A stretch of DNA of 64,000 nucleotides from Octopus sinensis (Eukaryota). Shown piece after piece: positions 1-13,099 of this stretch. Made by a program: the position numbers and the translations under genes. The DNA lies in the NCBI RefSeq assembly GCF_006345805.1, contig NW_021836293.1:124001-188000 (forward strand), written 5' to 3'. The notes under the pieces were generated by a model. It did no database searches and had not been told where the DNA came from. It saw only the letters and a list, made by a program, of their open reading frames with translations. How positions within the stretch are numbered: position 1 is the stretch's first letter; every line of letters starts with the position of its first letter.

Positions 1-106
1 TATATGTACATATGTATATATGTATATGTACATATGTATATATATATATATGTATATGTACATATGTATATATATATATGTATATATATATATTTATATA
101 TATATA
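1..106. repeat. (TA)n/(TATG)n microsatellite
   Basis: Direct inspection of the sequence. Confidence 0.95.
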
Positions 107-1175
107 CAGAAGGTATGTATAAATGAGTGTGTGTATCTATGTATATTTAATATGATTTCTTGAGAGTCCTTACTCCTAATTACATAGTTAAACATAGGTT
201 TTAAGAACAGATACACTCTTTGTTTGTAAGCCACTCCCACCTTCACACCCACACCTCATTTTATTTTTTGTTTTTTTTTTTTTTTTCACTATCTTACTTC
301 TTTGCATCTATTTCTATATCGTTTTCCTTCCTTTCTTTTTACAAGCTAGCTGTAAGCAGCCTCTACATCCATCATCATCATTTGAAGGAATTGCTGCTTC
401 CTTGCACACTGTTGTTTCCATGACAACCACATCAAGTTAAAAGCTACTAGAAGGAAGACAGTGTATATTATTATCTTTCACCATCTTTAGCACCAATTGT
501 TTTTCTTTCCCCCACCTGTTCACTTCTGTTTAATTCACCACCCACATCTCAGCAAAGCAAAATCTCAACAAGGTTTCAATATATTTGTTACAACTAAATT
601 ATATTTTGTTACATCTAATATATGTCTTCTGTTCTGTTACTGATTTCATTCATTTAACTTTGGCCATGCAGTAACACTGTCTTTAACAATTTTAGTTATA
701 TCAACCTTAGTGCATAGTCTGGTCTTTATTTTATCAATCTCTATTTATAGAATGGTTAAGTCCACCTGAATCATCTACATGTAGGGAGTTACTTACCCTT
801 CAAGAACACAAATAAACAATATATTTATATCAGTTTTCCCACACACATACACACATGCATGTACACACACACACTCACACACACCACCACCACCACCACC
901 ACACACATATGCACACATGATTTCTGTCTACTAAATTTGCCTACAAACATTTGGTCAACCCAAGTCTATGGAAGAGGGCATTTACCCAAAGTAAAGCACA
1001 GTGGGATCAAGCAAGAACCATATGGTTGTGAAGTGAACTTCTTGATAAAGCACATCCATGCTTGTGCCCCTATATCAATATACATCTTTATGTACATCAT
1101 TATATACCAATATATGTTTTATATATATCATTATATATCAATATATGTTATATATATATATATATATATATATAT

Positions 1176-1450
1176 TTCTGTGAGTCAAGGACCTTCTGTG
1201 ATTCACTCTGAATCTCAACAATGGTGTTAAAACAGTAATCTTTGAGCTGCATTTTCATCTTGAGGAAGAGATGAAAGTCTAGAGGTGCTAAATCTGGTGA
1301 ACAGGGCGGGTGTGGAAGCAATAACATGTTGTTTTAGGCAAGAAGCTTATGAGTGAGGAGAGTTCGGTGACAGGGTGCATTGTCATTGTGAGAATCCAAT
1401 TCTTCACATTCCACAGATCTTGTTGCTTTCACCGAATGTCCTCCCTAGTA
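1176..1450 (-). mobile_element. Mariner transposase C-terminal remnant
   Basis: Minus translation gives HNDNAPCH...LPHPPCSPDLAPLDFHLFLKMKMQLK...FNTIVEIQSESQKVL, matching the mariner DNAPxH and HPPYSPDLAP motifs; contains stops. Confidence 0.85.
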
Positions 1451-2439
1451 GATAAAGCAATTAAGCCTGTACAACTCTTCAATGGACATTGTAAAAGTGT
1501 AAATTTAAGCATTCCTGGAGTTGCAGATATAAGTAAGTAAATCAATAAAGAAAGAAGAAGAGAGGAAAAGAATATGAATATCAATATGCCAATTTTAGAT
1601 TAAGTAGGTGGGTAGCTAAACTAGTTGCATTTGTCCCAGGAGGGAGAGAGGGAGAGGAAATTGTAAGTATGAGGATACCACCAGTGAGGGAGGGGGTTTC
1701 TGTTGACAGAAGAGAGGAACAAGCACGCCCATTGAATGATCACCTACGTATCCATGCACAAACACAAGTCAAGCAAGCACACAGACACACACACACACAC
1801 ACACACATGGAACAAGAATGCACATATAGCCCATTAGCTTTCCCTTTGATACGACCTTGGAAGTTACCGAGTAGTTTGTTGACAAATTTCAAGTCAAGAC
1901 AAAAGAGAGCCGATTAAGTAGGTGGGCAGCTAAACTAGTTGCATTTGTCCCATGAGAGAGAGAGAGACGGAGAGGAGATTGCAGATATGATAGAGAATAC
2001 CACCAATGAGGGAGAGGGTTTCCGGTGAGAGAAGAGATATCTGGTAATGGTGGTGGGAGAAGAGGGAGATATCCGGCGTTGGTGGAGAGAGAAGAGAATG
2101 GGAGAAGAGAGTGGAGAGAGAGAGAGATCTAGTAGTGGTGGTGGTGGTGGTGGTGGTGGTGGTGGTGGTGGTGGTGGTGGGAATGGGCGGGTGCACTGTG
2201 AACAAGCAAGGGTTAATTTAGATAGACAACAAAAAATATGTTGCTAAGAAGAAGAGATTCCATTTAGGAAATTACATGAAGAATTAAGGAGGAATGAAGG
2301 CTGAGAGAGAGAGAGAGAGAGATTTAGGCAGTTATATATTGAAGGGTCAATTTAAATAATTAGCTTATGAAAGTAGATATTAATAAAAAAATAAATAAAC
2401 AATACGTAAATAAATAAGTAAACATAAATAATAATATAT

Positions 2440-3433
2440 ATTAAAAGTGTTAATGGCGAATAGATGAAAGAAAAGATGGAAAGACTATCTAAGCTTTAGA
2501 AATGTATAACTGGACGTTTGAGCACAATTAAAGTGTCACCCTCACTGTATGTGGCTGAACATAATCCTGATGGAAGAACACCTTTTGTCTTGAAATCAAA
2601 GATGATCGTTTACCTTCTAGCACTAACTTAAGCTATTCAGGCTGCTCACAATAGATCTTCTTTGTTATCATTTGGTTTGAGTTTAAAAGTTCAAAGTGGA
2701 CTAAACTTCAGATAATAACACTTTTCATGGGTGAAGACCTTCTTTAGCCTGGGGTGCTGGTGTTTTTTCTTTTCCTATCCACAGTCTTCAGTTATTGACA
2801 TTTTTATAGAGAACCATTTCTCATCACCAGTCCAAAAAAGGTTCGTTTGTGAGACATGACAGCAAAGAAGACCACACATTCCCGTTCTGCATGCAATTAG
2901 ACATGGAAAATTTGTGAGGAACCCATTGATCCAATTTGTTGACTTTCCTAATGGTTGAATGACCGAATCAAAGCTTTTCTACTAGTTCCTCAACAGTTAC
3001 AAGGGTATTTTTTCCACCAGAGTTTACAGGACATCCTCATTGAGTTCTACAGATCTTCCCAGATGAGCTGATCTTTTAGGCTGTAGTTTCTGGCTTGGAA
3101 TTTCTGGAACCACTGTTGACACTAACTTACACTTATTGTCCCATCCCCATTTACTGCATAAATATTCCTTGCACTTTCCATTGTGTTGTTGTCTTTATTG
3201 AATTCATGAAGCAAAATATGTTGAATATGCTCGTTTGCCACTTCAATTGTAGCTTTGAAAAAATAACTGTTAAAATCGAACTGCACTCTTCAAAATTTGC
3301 ACTAAGAATAAGTAAAGGTAAAATTACTACCTACTTTTATAGTAAGTAGATGAAGGCAGTTTATCCCATTTCCCTTTGACTTTAGTTCATGCAATTGAAA
3401 AAAAAAACACATTATTTATGGGATGATCCAATA
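2440..3433 (-). mobile_element. Degenerate mariner, 3'-truncated, retaining 5' TIR
   Basis: Minus strand shows remnants of NEPFLD-(RIVTGD)-EKWILYKNV and GLHP-KV motifs. 3411-3433 reads TATTGGATCATCCCATAAATAAT on minus, a mariner-type TIR ending in TA. Confidence 0.8.
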
Positions 3434-3502
3434 TGTATGTATGTGTATATATATATGTATATATATGTGTGTGTGTGTGTATGTATTTTATATATATGTA
3501 TG

Positions 3503-3541
<39 letters not shown>

Positions 3542-3544
<3 letters not shown>

Positions 3545-3750
3545 ATCCAAATATGAAAACACAAAGAGAAAACAGGGCAACATGAGGACGTGGAACAAGT
3601 ATAGTATTATTGGACGCTCAGGAAAGGAAAGAAGGAGGATTTAATGTTTCGAGTGGAGCTCTTCGTCAGAAACATAGAAAAAGGATAGATCCAAGGAAGG
3701 GAAGATAGAGGAGAAAAAAAAATCACCAACAATACACATGCAGTCACATA
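3542..3750 (-). mobile_element. Penelope-like solo pLTR fragment abutting (TA)n, with hammerhead motif
   Basis: About 80-85% similar to the oppositely oriented copy at 23600-23858. Both end in GTTAATCCAAA next to (TA)n and carry a TTTCG...CTCTTCGTCRG motif. Confidence 0.7.
3639..3673 (-). ncRNA. Minimal type I hammerhead ribozyme motif (stem III palindrome decayed)
   Basis: GTTT-CTGACGA-A-GAG-CTCCA-CTC-GAA-ACAT-T-AAAT. Conserved CUGANGA/GAAA core, 3-bp stem II, stem I GTTT/AAAT. Confidence 0.65.
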
Positions 3751-6236
3751 TATATATATTTTTCATACATATATTTATATCTATATACATACATACACAC
3801 ACATCTCATATGCCTACTCCACACCTTATTTCTCTTTTGACCTAGCTGCTGCTGTTGTTATTCAGTCCCAAGTCAATACTAATCAAGCTGATCTATCATG
3901 AAAGGTTTTCTAACTGTGACCATCCTATTTTCATGGATGTATGTAAGACTATATTTTCTAATGTGTCATTTCATTATTTTATTAGATGGGATGTAATTTT
4001 GAGGAAGCTGTGTCCACTCAATGTAGCAGATCAAGCAAGTGGTGTGACATAGATGCAGGCAAAGCTTTGTGATCAAGAAGTTTGCTTTACAATTGTTTTC
4101 TAGGTTCAATACCTCTGCATGGTGCCTTGAGTCAGAGCTGCTTTAATAGTATTATAGTACAGAACAGTTAATCATCACTTGTGAGCAAAAATGTTTTGCT
4201 AACATGTACTATGCTTTTGCTAATAATTATTAGAGAGAGAGAGACCCTCTTGACCTCAGCACCCAGAATAGCAGCATACCCAGTGTGTGAACTAGAGGGA
4301 GACTGAATTGCATCAGCAATCAGCTAATATTCATTCCAGCTGAGTAAACTGGGACAGCATAAAATGAAGTGACTTCCTCAAGATGTGTTACCCAATCCAG
4401 GACTTGAACCCATGACCTTATGATCATGCAACAAACACCCAGACCATTAGGTTACACATGTTAGACTACTGGGCAAAGCAATGCACTAAGGTTCTTACAT
4501 ACACATTCACAACATACACAGTTTAGTCTTGGATCCCCAGATCCATGAGCATCCAGAAACGGTTCAGTGTACCTCTACCTTAAGACAACACTATTTGGAG
4601 GAAACCTCTTCTAATGTAGGCAAGAACATAGCTGATGAAGTAGCTTAAGGTATTTTAATTAATATTATAGCTTTGTTAATGAGAACAATCATTATCTAAT
4701 AACTAATTCTTATAAAAGAAGCAAAACTTTAATAACAAAAATCAATTGAGCATAGAATACAAGACAGGCATCAATGTTCATTCATGAAGTAGTGCCACTT
4801 AAAGTTCTAAAATCTAACAATCATCTTTAGGTTTGGCTTTATGATGAGGTCTAATACTATTGAAGCATGTCTGGAGTTGTTCCCATGCTACTAAAGATCA
4901 AACACACTCCCTACACCTCGTTCTGTATTTTATTCATTTTAATTAATAATAATTTGGGATTGCCTTCCTTTAATTGAATTAGTCATTTAGAAAATGATCG
5001 TTCTCATTATTAAGATTGTACTAGTGCTCTTATTACACTATTCAGTTTTTATGCTGCTTATGGGTGTGCTGCTATGTCTTGAATGCTGAGGCCAAGAGAG
5101 TCTCTTTACCTGTTTGTAACTAACAATTATTTGACTAATAATAATTAGCAAAAGCATAGTGCATGTTAAGAGGCATTCCTAGATATTTTTCCAATATGTT
5201 TTTTAGCATATTGTACAACTCTGTGTTTAGTCACACAAAATGCTGTATATCTCTAGTTGTTCTAGAATTTACTAGTCACACTAAGACCAAGCTTTGGTTA
5301 TTAGGTCTAAGAAAACCAAAACATCTCTGGAGCTTTCATTATACTGCTGACAATGGAAATCCTTCTTCATTGCATTCACTAATTATCAGTTTCTTTTGCT
5401 GTTAATAGAATTATTCTTCTATCACTATATATTGACTAATGTCTTATGAAATGAAATTTGGCAAGTGGAAACTGTGCTGAGTCATCCCATGTTGTCCTTT
5501 ATATTGTTTACTGTATTTACTCAATGTATGTATGTATGTATGCATGCATGTAGGCATGTATGTATGCATGCATGTAGGTATGTATGTATGTATGCATGTA
5601 GGCATGTATGTATGTATGTATGTATGTATGTATGTATGTATGTATGTATGTATGTATGTATGTATGTGTGTGTATATGTATTTTCTGGTGTGTTTTATTA
5701 TTGTGTTTATGTTTACTGGTGTTAACTTACGCATCTGGTGTCATCCATTTATGTCAAATTTATCTCAAACAGGTAACTTAGTCAATCAATAAAATTGGAT
5801 GTGATAAAAAAAAAAAGCACAAGTCTGAAATCAGTATGGTTAATGTGATCAGCACAACACTCTTGAAGATAGGGCCCCAGTATGGCCACAGTTCAATGAT
5901 AAACAATGTGGTAGCTTTCATAGACTGGCTTTATTAGAATAGGTCTGAGGATCAGCACAGAATTTGTAAATTTTACAATGCCTATTTAGAAGTACCTAGG
6001 TTTTGTGATCCAATGTATTGAAATTGAAACCTGTAATTTTGATAATATTCTGTCTGAGATGTAGTACTGTTATAGTGTAAAACATTTCTCTCATCAGCCT
6101 ATTTAGTTAAATCTATATATTAATGGCAGAAACAAATATAAAACCATATCAGGATCCACATGCCAGTTTGCAATAAAATTTAATCTTCTTTGAGAATCAT
6201 CACTTTTTGCATTTCAAAAATGCTAAGAAAGTTTCA

Positions 6237-6640
6237 GGTGCAGGAGTGGCTGTGTGGTAAGTAGCTTGCTTACCAGCCACATGGTTCTGAGTTCATTCCC
6301 ACTGTGTGGCACCTTAGGCAAGTGTCTTCTACTATTGCCTTGGGCCGACCAAAGCCTTGTGAGTGGATTTGGTAGACGGAAACTGAAAGAAGCCTGTCAT
6401 ATATATGTATATGCATATATATGTGTGTGTGTTTTGTATGTCTGTGTTTGTCTCCCCAACATTGCTTGACAACTGATGCTGGTGTGTTTACATCCCTGTA
6501 ACTTAGCGGTTCGACAAAAGAGACCAGTAGAATAAGTACTAGGCTTACAAAGAAAAGTCCTGGAGTTGATTTGCTCGACTAAAGGCGATGCTCCAATATG
6601 GCCACAGTCAAATGACTGAAACAAGTAAAAGAGTAAAAGA
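6237..6640 (+). mobile_element. tRNA-derived SINE, family 1 (internal TA/TG microsatellite, GAGTAAAA tail)
   Basis: tRNA-like head GGCTGTGTGGTAAG...GTTC, body CCTTRGGCAAGTGTCTTCTACTAT. Multiple copies in the window (30771, 46391, 56370, 57320 and minus-strand fragments). Confidence 0.85.
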
Positions 6641-6772
6641 GTATATTCTAGAGATTCTTCCTTTCTAGACAATAAAGTGAGCCAAATTGAAGGTTAGAAT
6701 AGTCAAACATACAACTGACATTTAGCAGTATTTGCTGTTAATGTTTAGAATTTATCAGTGTTATTAATGTCA

Positions 6773-8307
6773 TCATCATCATCATCGTTTAACGTCCGTT
6801 CTCCATGCTAGCATGGGTTGGACGGTTCAACCAGGGATCTGGGAAGCCAGAAGGCTGCACCAGGCTCCAGTCTGATCTGGCAGTGTTTCTACAGCTGGAT
6901 GCCCTTCCTAATGCCAACCACTCTGTGAGTGTAGTGAGTGTTTTTTACGTGCCACCTGCACAGGTGCCAGGCGAGGCTGGCAACAGCCACGATTCGGATA
7001 GTGCTTTTTATGTGCCACCGGCACGGAAGCCAGTCTAGGCGGCGCTGGCATCAGCCACCTTCAGATGGTGCTGTTTACGTGCTACTGGCTCAGGGATCAC
7101 AACTGCAGTTTCCATTGATTTTGATGTCGATGTAGTTGACTCAATGGATCTCCTCAAGCACAGGGTCGAAATGGTGTTTCTTCAGTTGCCACCTGCACAG
7201 GAGTCAGTTCAGCGGTCCTGGCAACTGCTGGGTGCCAGTCATAGGATTGGTTCAATTTCGATAACGATTTCGATTTCACTTGCCCCAACAGGTCTTCGCA
7301 AGCAGAGTTTTGTGTCCAATGAAGAGAGGTTGGCATGGGTGCCTGTCGTCGGATGAGGTTCGATTTCGACTTCGCTTGCCTCAACAGGTCACTGGTCATT
7401 GCCTCGGTGAGGCCTAAAGTTCGATGGTCGTGCTTCACCACCTCGTCCCAGGTTTTCCTGGGTCTACCTCTTCCACGGGTTCCCTCAACAGCTAGGGATT
7501 GGCACTTTTTCACACACCTATCTTCATCCATTCTCACCACATGACCATACCAGCGCAATCGTCTGTCTTGCACACCACAGCTGATGTTTCTTAGATCCAA
7601 CATTTCTCTCAAGGTACTAACGCTCTGTCGAGTATGCACACTGACATTACACATCCATCAGAGCATACTGGCTTCATTCCTCACGAGCTCATGCATGTCC
7701 TCAGCAGTCATGGCCCATGTTTCACTGCCATGTAGCATGGCTGTTTGTACACATGCATTATACAGTCTGCCTTTTACTCCGAGCGAGAGGCCTTTAGTCA
7801 CCAGCAGAGGTAAGAGCTCCCTAAACTTTGCCCAGGCTATTCTTACTCTAGCAGTTACACTTTCAGTGCACCCACCCCCACTACTGACTTGGTCACCTAG
7901 ATAACGGAAGCTATCTACTACTTCTAGTTTTTCCACCTAAAAAGTGACGGAAGTTGTTTTCTGCAGATTTTCAGAGTTTATTGCTCCTGAGCATCTGCCA
8001 CATACAAAAACTATCTTCCCAGTTAGCCTTCCTTTGACATTGCTGCCCTTCTTATGTGTCCATAGCTTACACTGGGTACATCTTATAGAGTTTCTACCTA
8101 CACCTTTTCTACAGATCGAGCAGGGCCATCTACCTGAAGACATTTGTGTTTTGTCTACCTTCCTACTTATTAGTACTTTGGTTTTAGCTAGGCTGACTCT
8201 AAGGCCCCTCAATTCTAATCCCTCCTTCCACACCTGGAACTTCTCCTCCAGTTCTGATAGTGACTCAGCAATTAGAGCAAGGTCGTCAGCATAGAAGGTC
8301 GTCAGCA
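6773..8307 (-). mobile_element. 5'-truncated RTE-clade LINE (RT C-terminal half, 3' UTR, (ATG)n tail)
   Basis: FYADDLAL (RT active-site motif), LEVVDSFRYLGDQV, AMLHGSETWA, RLRWYGHV and RGRGRPRKTW. Two single in-frame stops split ORFs 7937-8308, 7658-7936 and 7154-7654. CATCAT tail at 6773-6786. Confidence 0.95.
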
Positions 8308-9866
8308 AAAAAAACCCTGCAAATCTATTGACTAATCCACATTATTATCAGTTATACCATTAGTTATACCAACACTATGTTGTTTAATAATTAATGGCAA
8401 AGCTGAAAGGATTTTTGAACATCATCTCTCTCCTTTCTACATTTTAGTTAAGATTGATGTAGACATATTAAATGTTCAGCATTATAACATCTTCAATATC
8501 ATCACTATCATCATCATCAATATCTAATATTATCATCATATTCGCTATCAACATCATTATCATCATTATTTTAACATCTGTTTCCTGTGATGGTGTAAGT
8601 CACATGGGCAGCTACATAGCATATTGCCACATGTTTCAATATTTTGCCTGTAAATCCCAATATCCTGATACTACTACCTGTTCCAATATGTTCCAATATG
8701 TTTTTCCATCTTCCTTTGTCACATCATCCATTCTAAAGCAGTCATCTCTCCTCCATCCATTGCCTCATGCCTTTAATATACATTCACCCCCTCAGCTCAG
8801 TTGTATTTTGCTCTTTATATAAGTTAAAACTGTATCCTAAATAAGTCAAACATGATTGATTTCTCTTCAGCCTCTGCTGTTCCTCTGCACTTAGCATCCA
8901 TATCTCATTATCAATTAGCATCACATCATAGAATCTGGTTTTCTCATGGAGAAGAAATTACTTTGATTCCACAGAGATAATAGTTCTTTTGACTTCCTCC
9001 CACCTTTCTAACTCTATTATGCTATCTCTAGAACTATGTCTAACATTAATTATATAAACTTAAGAAAACAGAATTGAAATATCTATCAGCTAATTACATA
9101 GTATAGTTTAATATGTGTATAACAGCAAGTTGGGAGAAACATTACCTAATTCCAGATGAAATCTCTTACAAGATTTAGTTTTCTTCCTCTGCACATTGAA
9201 TTCAAATCTCACTTGTACCAGTTCTGAAATTTATTCAGCTAGTGTTGTCAAAATAATACCAGTAATATATCAAGTTTGATCCAAATGAATCTTTTAACAA
9301 GTAAATTTTTCATGGTGTGCACCTAGTGGAGAAGGCTTGTGAGTGATGAGTTTATCATATAACCGACTGTTGTGCACTAATCATTGCAAGTAGTAACCAG
9401 AACTGGAGTCTGGTTCCAATGGCAAGATAAGTTGAGGTGATAGAATTGTGTTGCCAGAATAAGATTAAAAATAAGAAATGACTTTTCCAGCCCACAAAAG
9501 GTTTTACTGAAGTAACACCAACTAATCCCTTATCAGTACAGTTACCTTCAGAAATAGCAAATTCTTCCTGTTGTATGATACCTATGCTCAGTTAGGACTG
9601 ACAGTCATGAACAGGATATAAACCACTAACTGCTTCTCAGGTTTTCTGTTCACTATAAAATCCCCTATCCTCCCTTTCTATAAACCTGTCCTTCACAGAC
9701 ACTAAGAAAAAATCACAATTCTTATATGACATAGGAAATTTTTTTTTTCCAATAAAATGTTCTTAGTTTTCTCCAGTCATATTTTCTTTGTATTATTGTT
9801 AGAATATTAATGAATTGTATTTGCTTTGCTAAGCTGCACATACAGATTCTGTTATACTCAAATAAT

Positions 9867-9994
<128 letters not shown>

Positions 9995-12117
9995 TTTCTC
10001 CCTCTCAGATCTGCCGAATTGCATAATTCAAGCAATTAATTTGGCATAAATCAGACGCTGAAAGTTGTCAAAAATCAGTTTGTTCACTTTGAGTGTAATG
10101 TGTGAAAAGCTGTGCTAAAATACCTAAGGCCTGTAGTAAAAACTCAAAGTAGTGTAAACAGAGCTTTAAATAGATGCTAGCTAATTTCAGTGATCTCCAC
10201 TCATGCAGCATACTTATATTATAACAGCTCTTACTATTCCTTTTATCTTTTTCCTCTGGCTTTCCATGTATAATTTATAACTTTCTTATCTGTTTGTCTT
10301 CTCTCAATCTAGTTTTGTCTTGCACTCAGTGTTCTGTTGATTTATGGACAGAAGAATCAGTGGAATGCACACATTAGACAATAGCCTTATTTCAATACAA
10401 TCTGGCTTAGTTAGTAAATTCTTTACCAAAAATATCAAAATAACTACTGCTTTCTTCTCATCTCTAATTTCTGTTAATAATTGTCTAAAAATAACAAATG
10501 TATCCCTTTACATGCAACACATCTATGGCAATTGTAAACAAAGAGGGTTTTAAAACAACCTTATTCTGTTCATAGCTTGGAGACAAAGGAGCCTTTCATT
10601 TAGAAGGAAGTATCATTAAAGAGATGAAATTCATGCCATTATTCTTGATAATTGCTCATACACATAGCAATAGAAAATTCTAGAATCTTGTTATACTGGG
10701 AAGAATTCTGCTGCTGCTACTGCAGGAGTGTCCACTTGAAATAGGAGAGGATTCGACAGACAAGGATTTTTTTTCTTATTTTTAATTCTACATGAGGTGT
10801 AACACACTAATCCAATAATAAATCACCTGATGTTAGTTACAGCTGTGGTATTATTTTTTTTTTTTTTTTTATATCACTTTTGTGAATACCATTGTTGATT
10901 ACAAGTTTCCAGTGGACAAAACAGTAGTTCCTTACATTTACAATAGTGATAATAATAAAAGATTGTCTGTTTAGCTCAGGCAGAACAAATACTATGTGAC
11001 ATCATTTAAATTTGCCAGTTCATAGATTCTCTGATCAATGGTTGCATCCTTCACTGATATACACATACATACACAGTAGAATTCTGTACAGGTTCCATTT
11101 ACTAAATTCCTCTTACAAAGAATTGGTCAATCTAAAATTATAGTAGAAGATATTTGTCCTAGAGTGCTTTGCATTGGAATCAAACCTAGAATACAGAATT
11201 GCCAATCAAACATAAGCACAAAATTATAAATTGTGTTCAAGAACACAGTTGATTAATTTGATCCCATCTATATATCACATGTATTTTATACCATCCAGAA
11301 GGATGAAAACAGAATTGAGCCAGGTGGGGTTTGAACATAGATTGCAAAGGGACATAACTAAATACACTAATAGCAGCTTGACTTTTCTAATCCACCATGT
11401 TTATAATATTGAGTAGAATGCTATGTTCTATTCCCACCAAGTATGCTTCTAGTAATAAGAAAAGAATTGTTGAATGAAGAGATGCTTAGGCAATTATAGT
11501 TCAAGCAGAAGTAAGTAAGATGGAACAAGGACTAACTGACAACAAATTGATGTAGATGTTTAGCCCAAGGCTGACTGAGTAGACCTATCATTTGTTACTA
11601 CAATGAACATTCTGTCTCTTGTGGAAGAATTAGAAATATTATACAGCTCCATAAAATTTCTAGATTATTTGCAATATTTTTCTTTTGTTGACAAAACAAT
11701 AAGTCACATGATCCAATGACGGAGCCTACATGTGGTCATTTAACCAGCTAAAAGTAGCAGCTATATTCCTTGAGAATTATAAAACAGGCAGCGTGCTTTA
11801 AGATATACATCAAAGGGAAAATGAGATACTCAAGGCTGAAATGCTTTGAATCAGAGGTTTGTTTCATTAGGGCTGAATCAAGATTAATGAACATCATAAA
11901 TAAGTTGAGTCACATGTTAACCCCAAAACTAGATGTCTGAAATCATAAATTTAACATGATGTTTAGTGTTTGTAATAAAAGAAGAAATATTGTCTCTTAG
12001 CTCCTAAAGGGATTTTTGGAGTTTAGTTTTGGATGTTTAGGCCCAATCTTGTATCATTAAACAAATAAGAATAAAAATTAAATTAACATTCAAATAAACC
12101 ACTGTTCTATTGCATAT

Positions 12118-12318
12118 TGTTCTGGTTTAGTTCTGGGTCAGTTTTGATCAAACAGATCTATAATCAAAGACATTCCAACTGTGATCATCCTATATTTTTA
12201 TATATTTAGTACTACCTTATATATCTTGCTTTTTTCAGAGAGTAAGATGTATTTGAAAGAGATTTGGCTACTATTTCTAGCAAGTCAAACAATTTAATAG
12301 TGGCACCCTCGTTGGTTA
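12118..12318 (+). mobile_element. SINE-like interspersed repeat, family 3
   Basis: GATTTGGCTRCTATTTCTAGCA core recurs in opposite orientation at about 11700-11900, 44225-44415 and 59535-59735. Confidence 0.7.
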
Positions 12319-12372
12319 GTTTATTACAGTAACACTTTCAAATGATCTGGTACCTGTTTCTGAGGAACTGCT

Positions 12373-12543
12373 GTAAATTCATCTCAGGTAATTACATCAC
12401 AGTGAATACATTGCCTGTAATTTCATCACCTGGTAATTAAATTGCAAGGTAATTACATTACAAGGCTACATATATTGTTGGTAAATTCATTCAGCATCAA
12501 GGTAAATACATCATTGGCAAATTCTTCAGAGTAAATACATCGT
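12373..12543 (+). repeat. Degenerate ~15-bp tandem array (GGTAAWTWCATYRC), about 10-11 units
   Basis: gtaaattcatctcag / gtaattacatcacag / gtaatttcatcacctg / gtaattacattacaag / gtaaatacatcattg / gtaaatacatcgtt. Confidence 0.8.
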
Positions 12544-12943
12544 TAAACTTGAAAAAGGAAAATTCAAGAATTAAGTAATATTCAAATAGTATATCAATCG
12601 TGCAGCAAATCCACATCACAAAGGGAAATAAAGATAGTGCTGTGAAGATGCAAGGTACTACGACTGAATGTCAAAATCGTGAAAATGGATAATTTATGAG
12701 AGATTACTTGGAAATTTCTCTTTTTAGAATATTTCTTCCAGCATCCAATTTAAAATAGTGTTATCTTTTCACTGCATTATTTTGTGATTTTACGTTTTAA
12801 GTTTTATTTTGTTTGATTATTCATGTATATATTGAGTAAATTTCTTATTAATAACATTTTATCTATGAATTTCTTTCTCATTCTTAATGAAATGTGACAT
12901 ATTTACTTCCCAATAAAATCTTTAACTAATATTTAGCAATGTG

Positions 12944-13012
<69 letters not shown>

Positions 13013-13099
13013 GTATGTATATGTGTGTATGTATATAAATATATATATATATATATACACATATGTACACTTATGCATATGTGCATGTATGTATATATA

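Noticed and set aside
5444-5792. Overlapping 86-96-aa ORFs (MYVC/HTYI repeats); similar ORFs at 859, 9722-10049, 12939, 19402-19786, 25566, 34862-35460 and 42779
   Set aside because: Translations of (TATG)n, (CT)n, (TA)n and (CA)n microsatellites.
6237-6310. tRNA-like A/B-box sequence
   Set aside because: It is the head of a SINE; no complete cloverleaf or terminator. No true tRNA or rRNA genes or CRISPR arrays were seen in the window.
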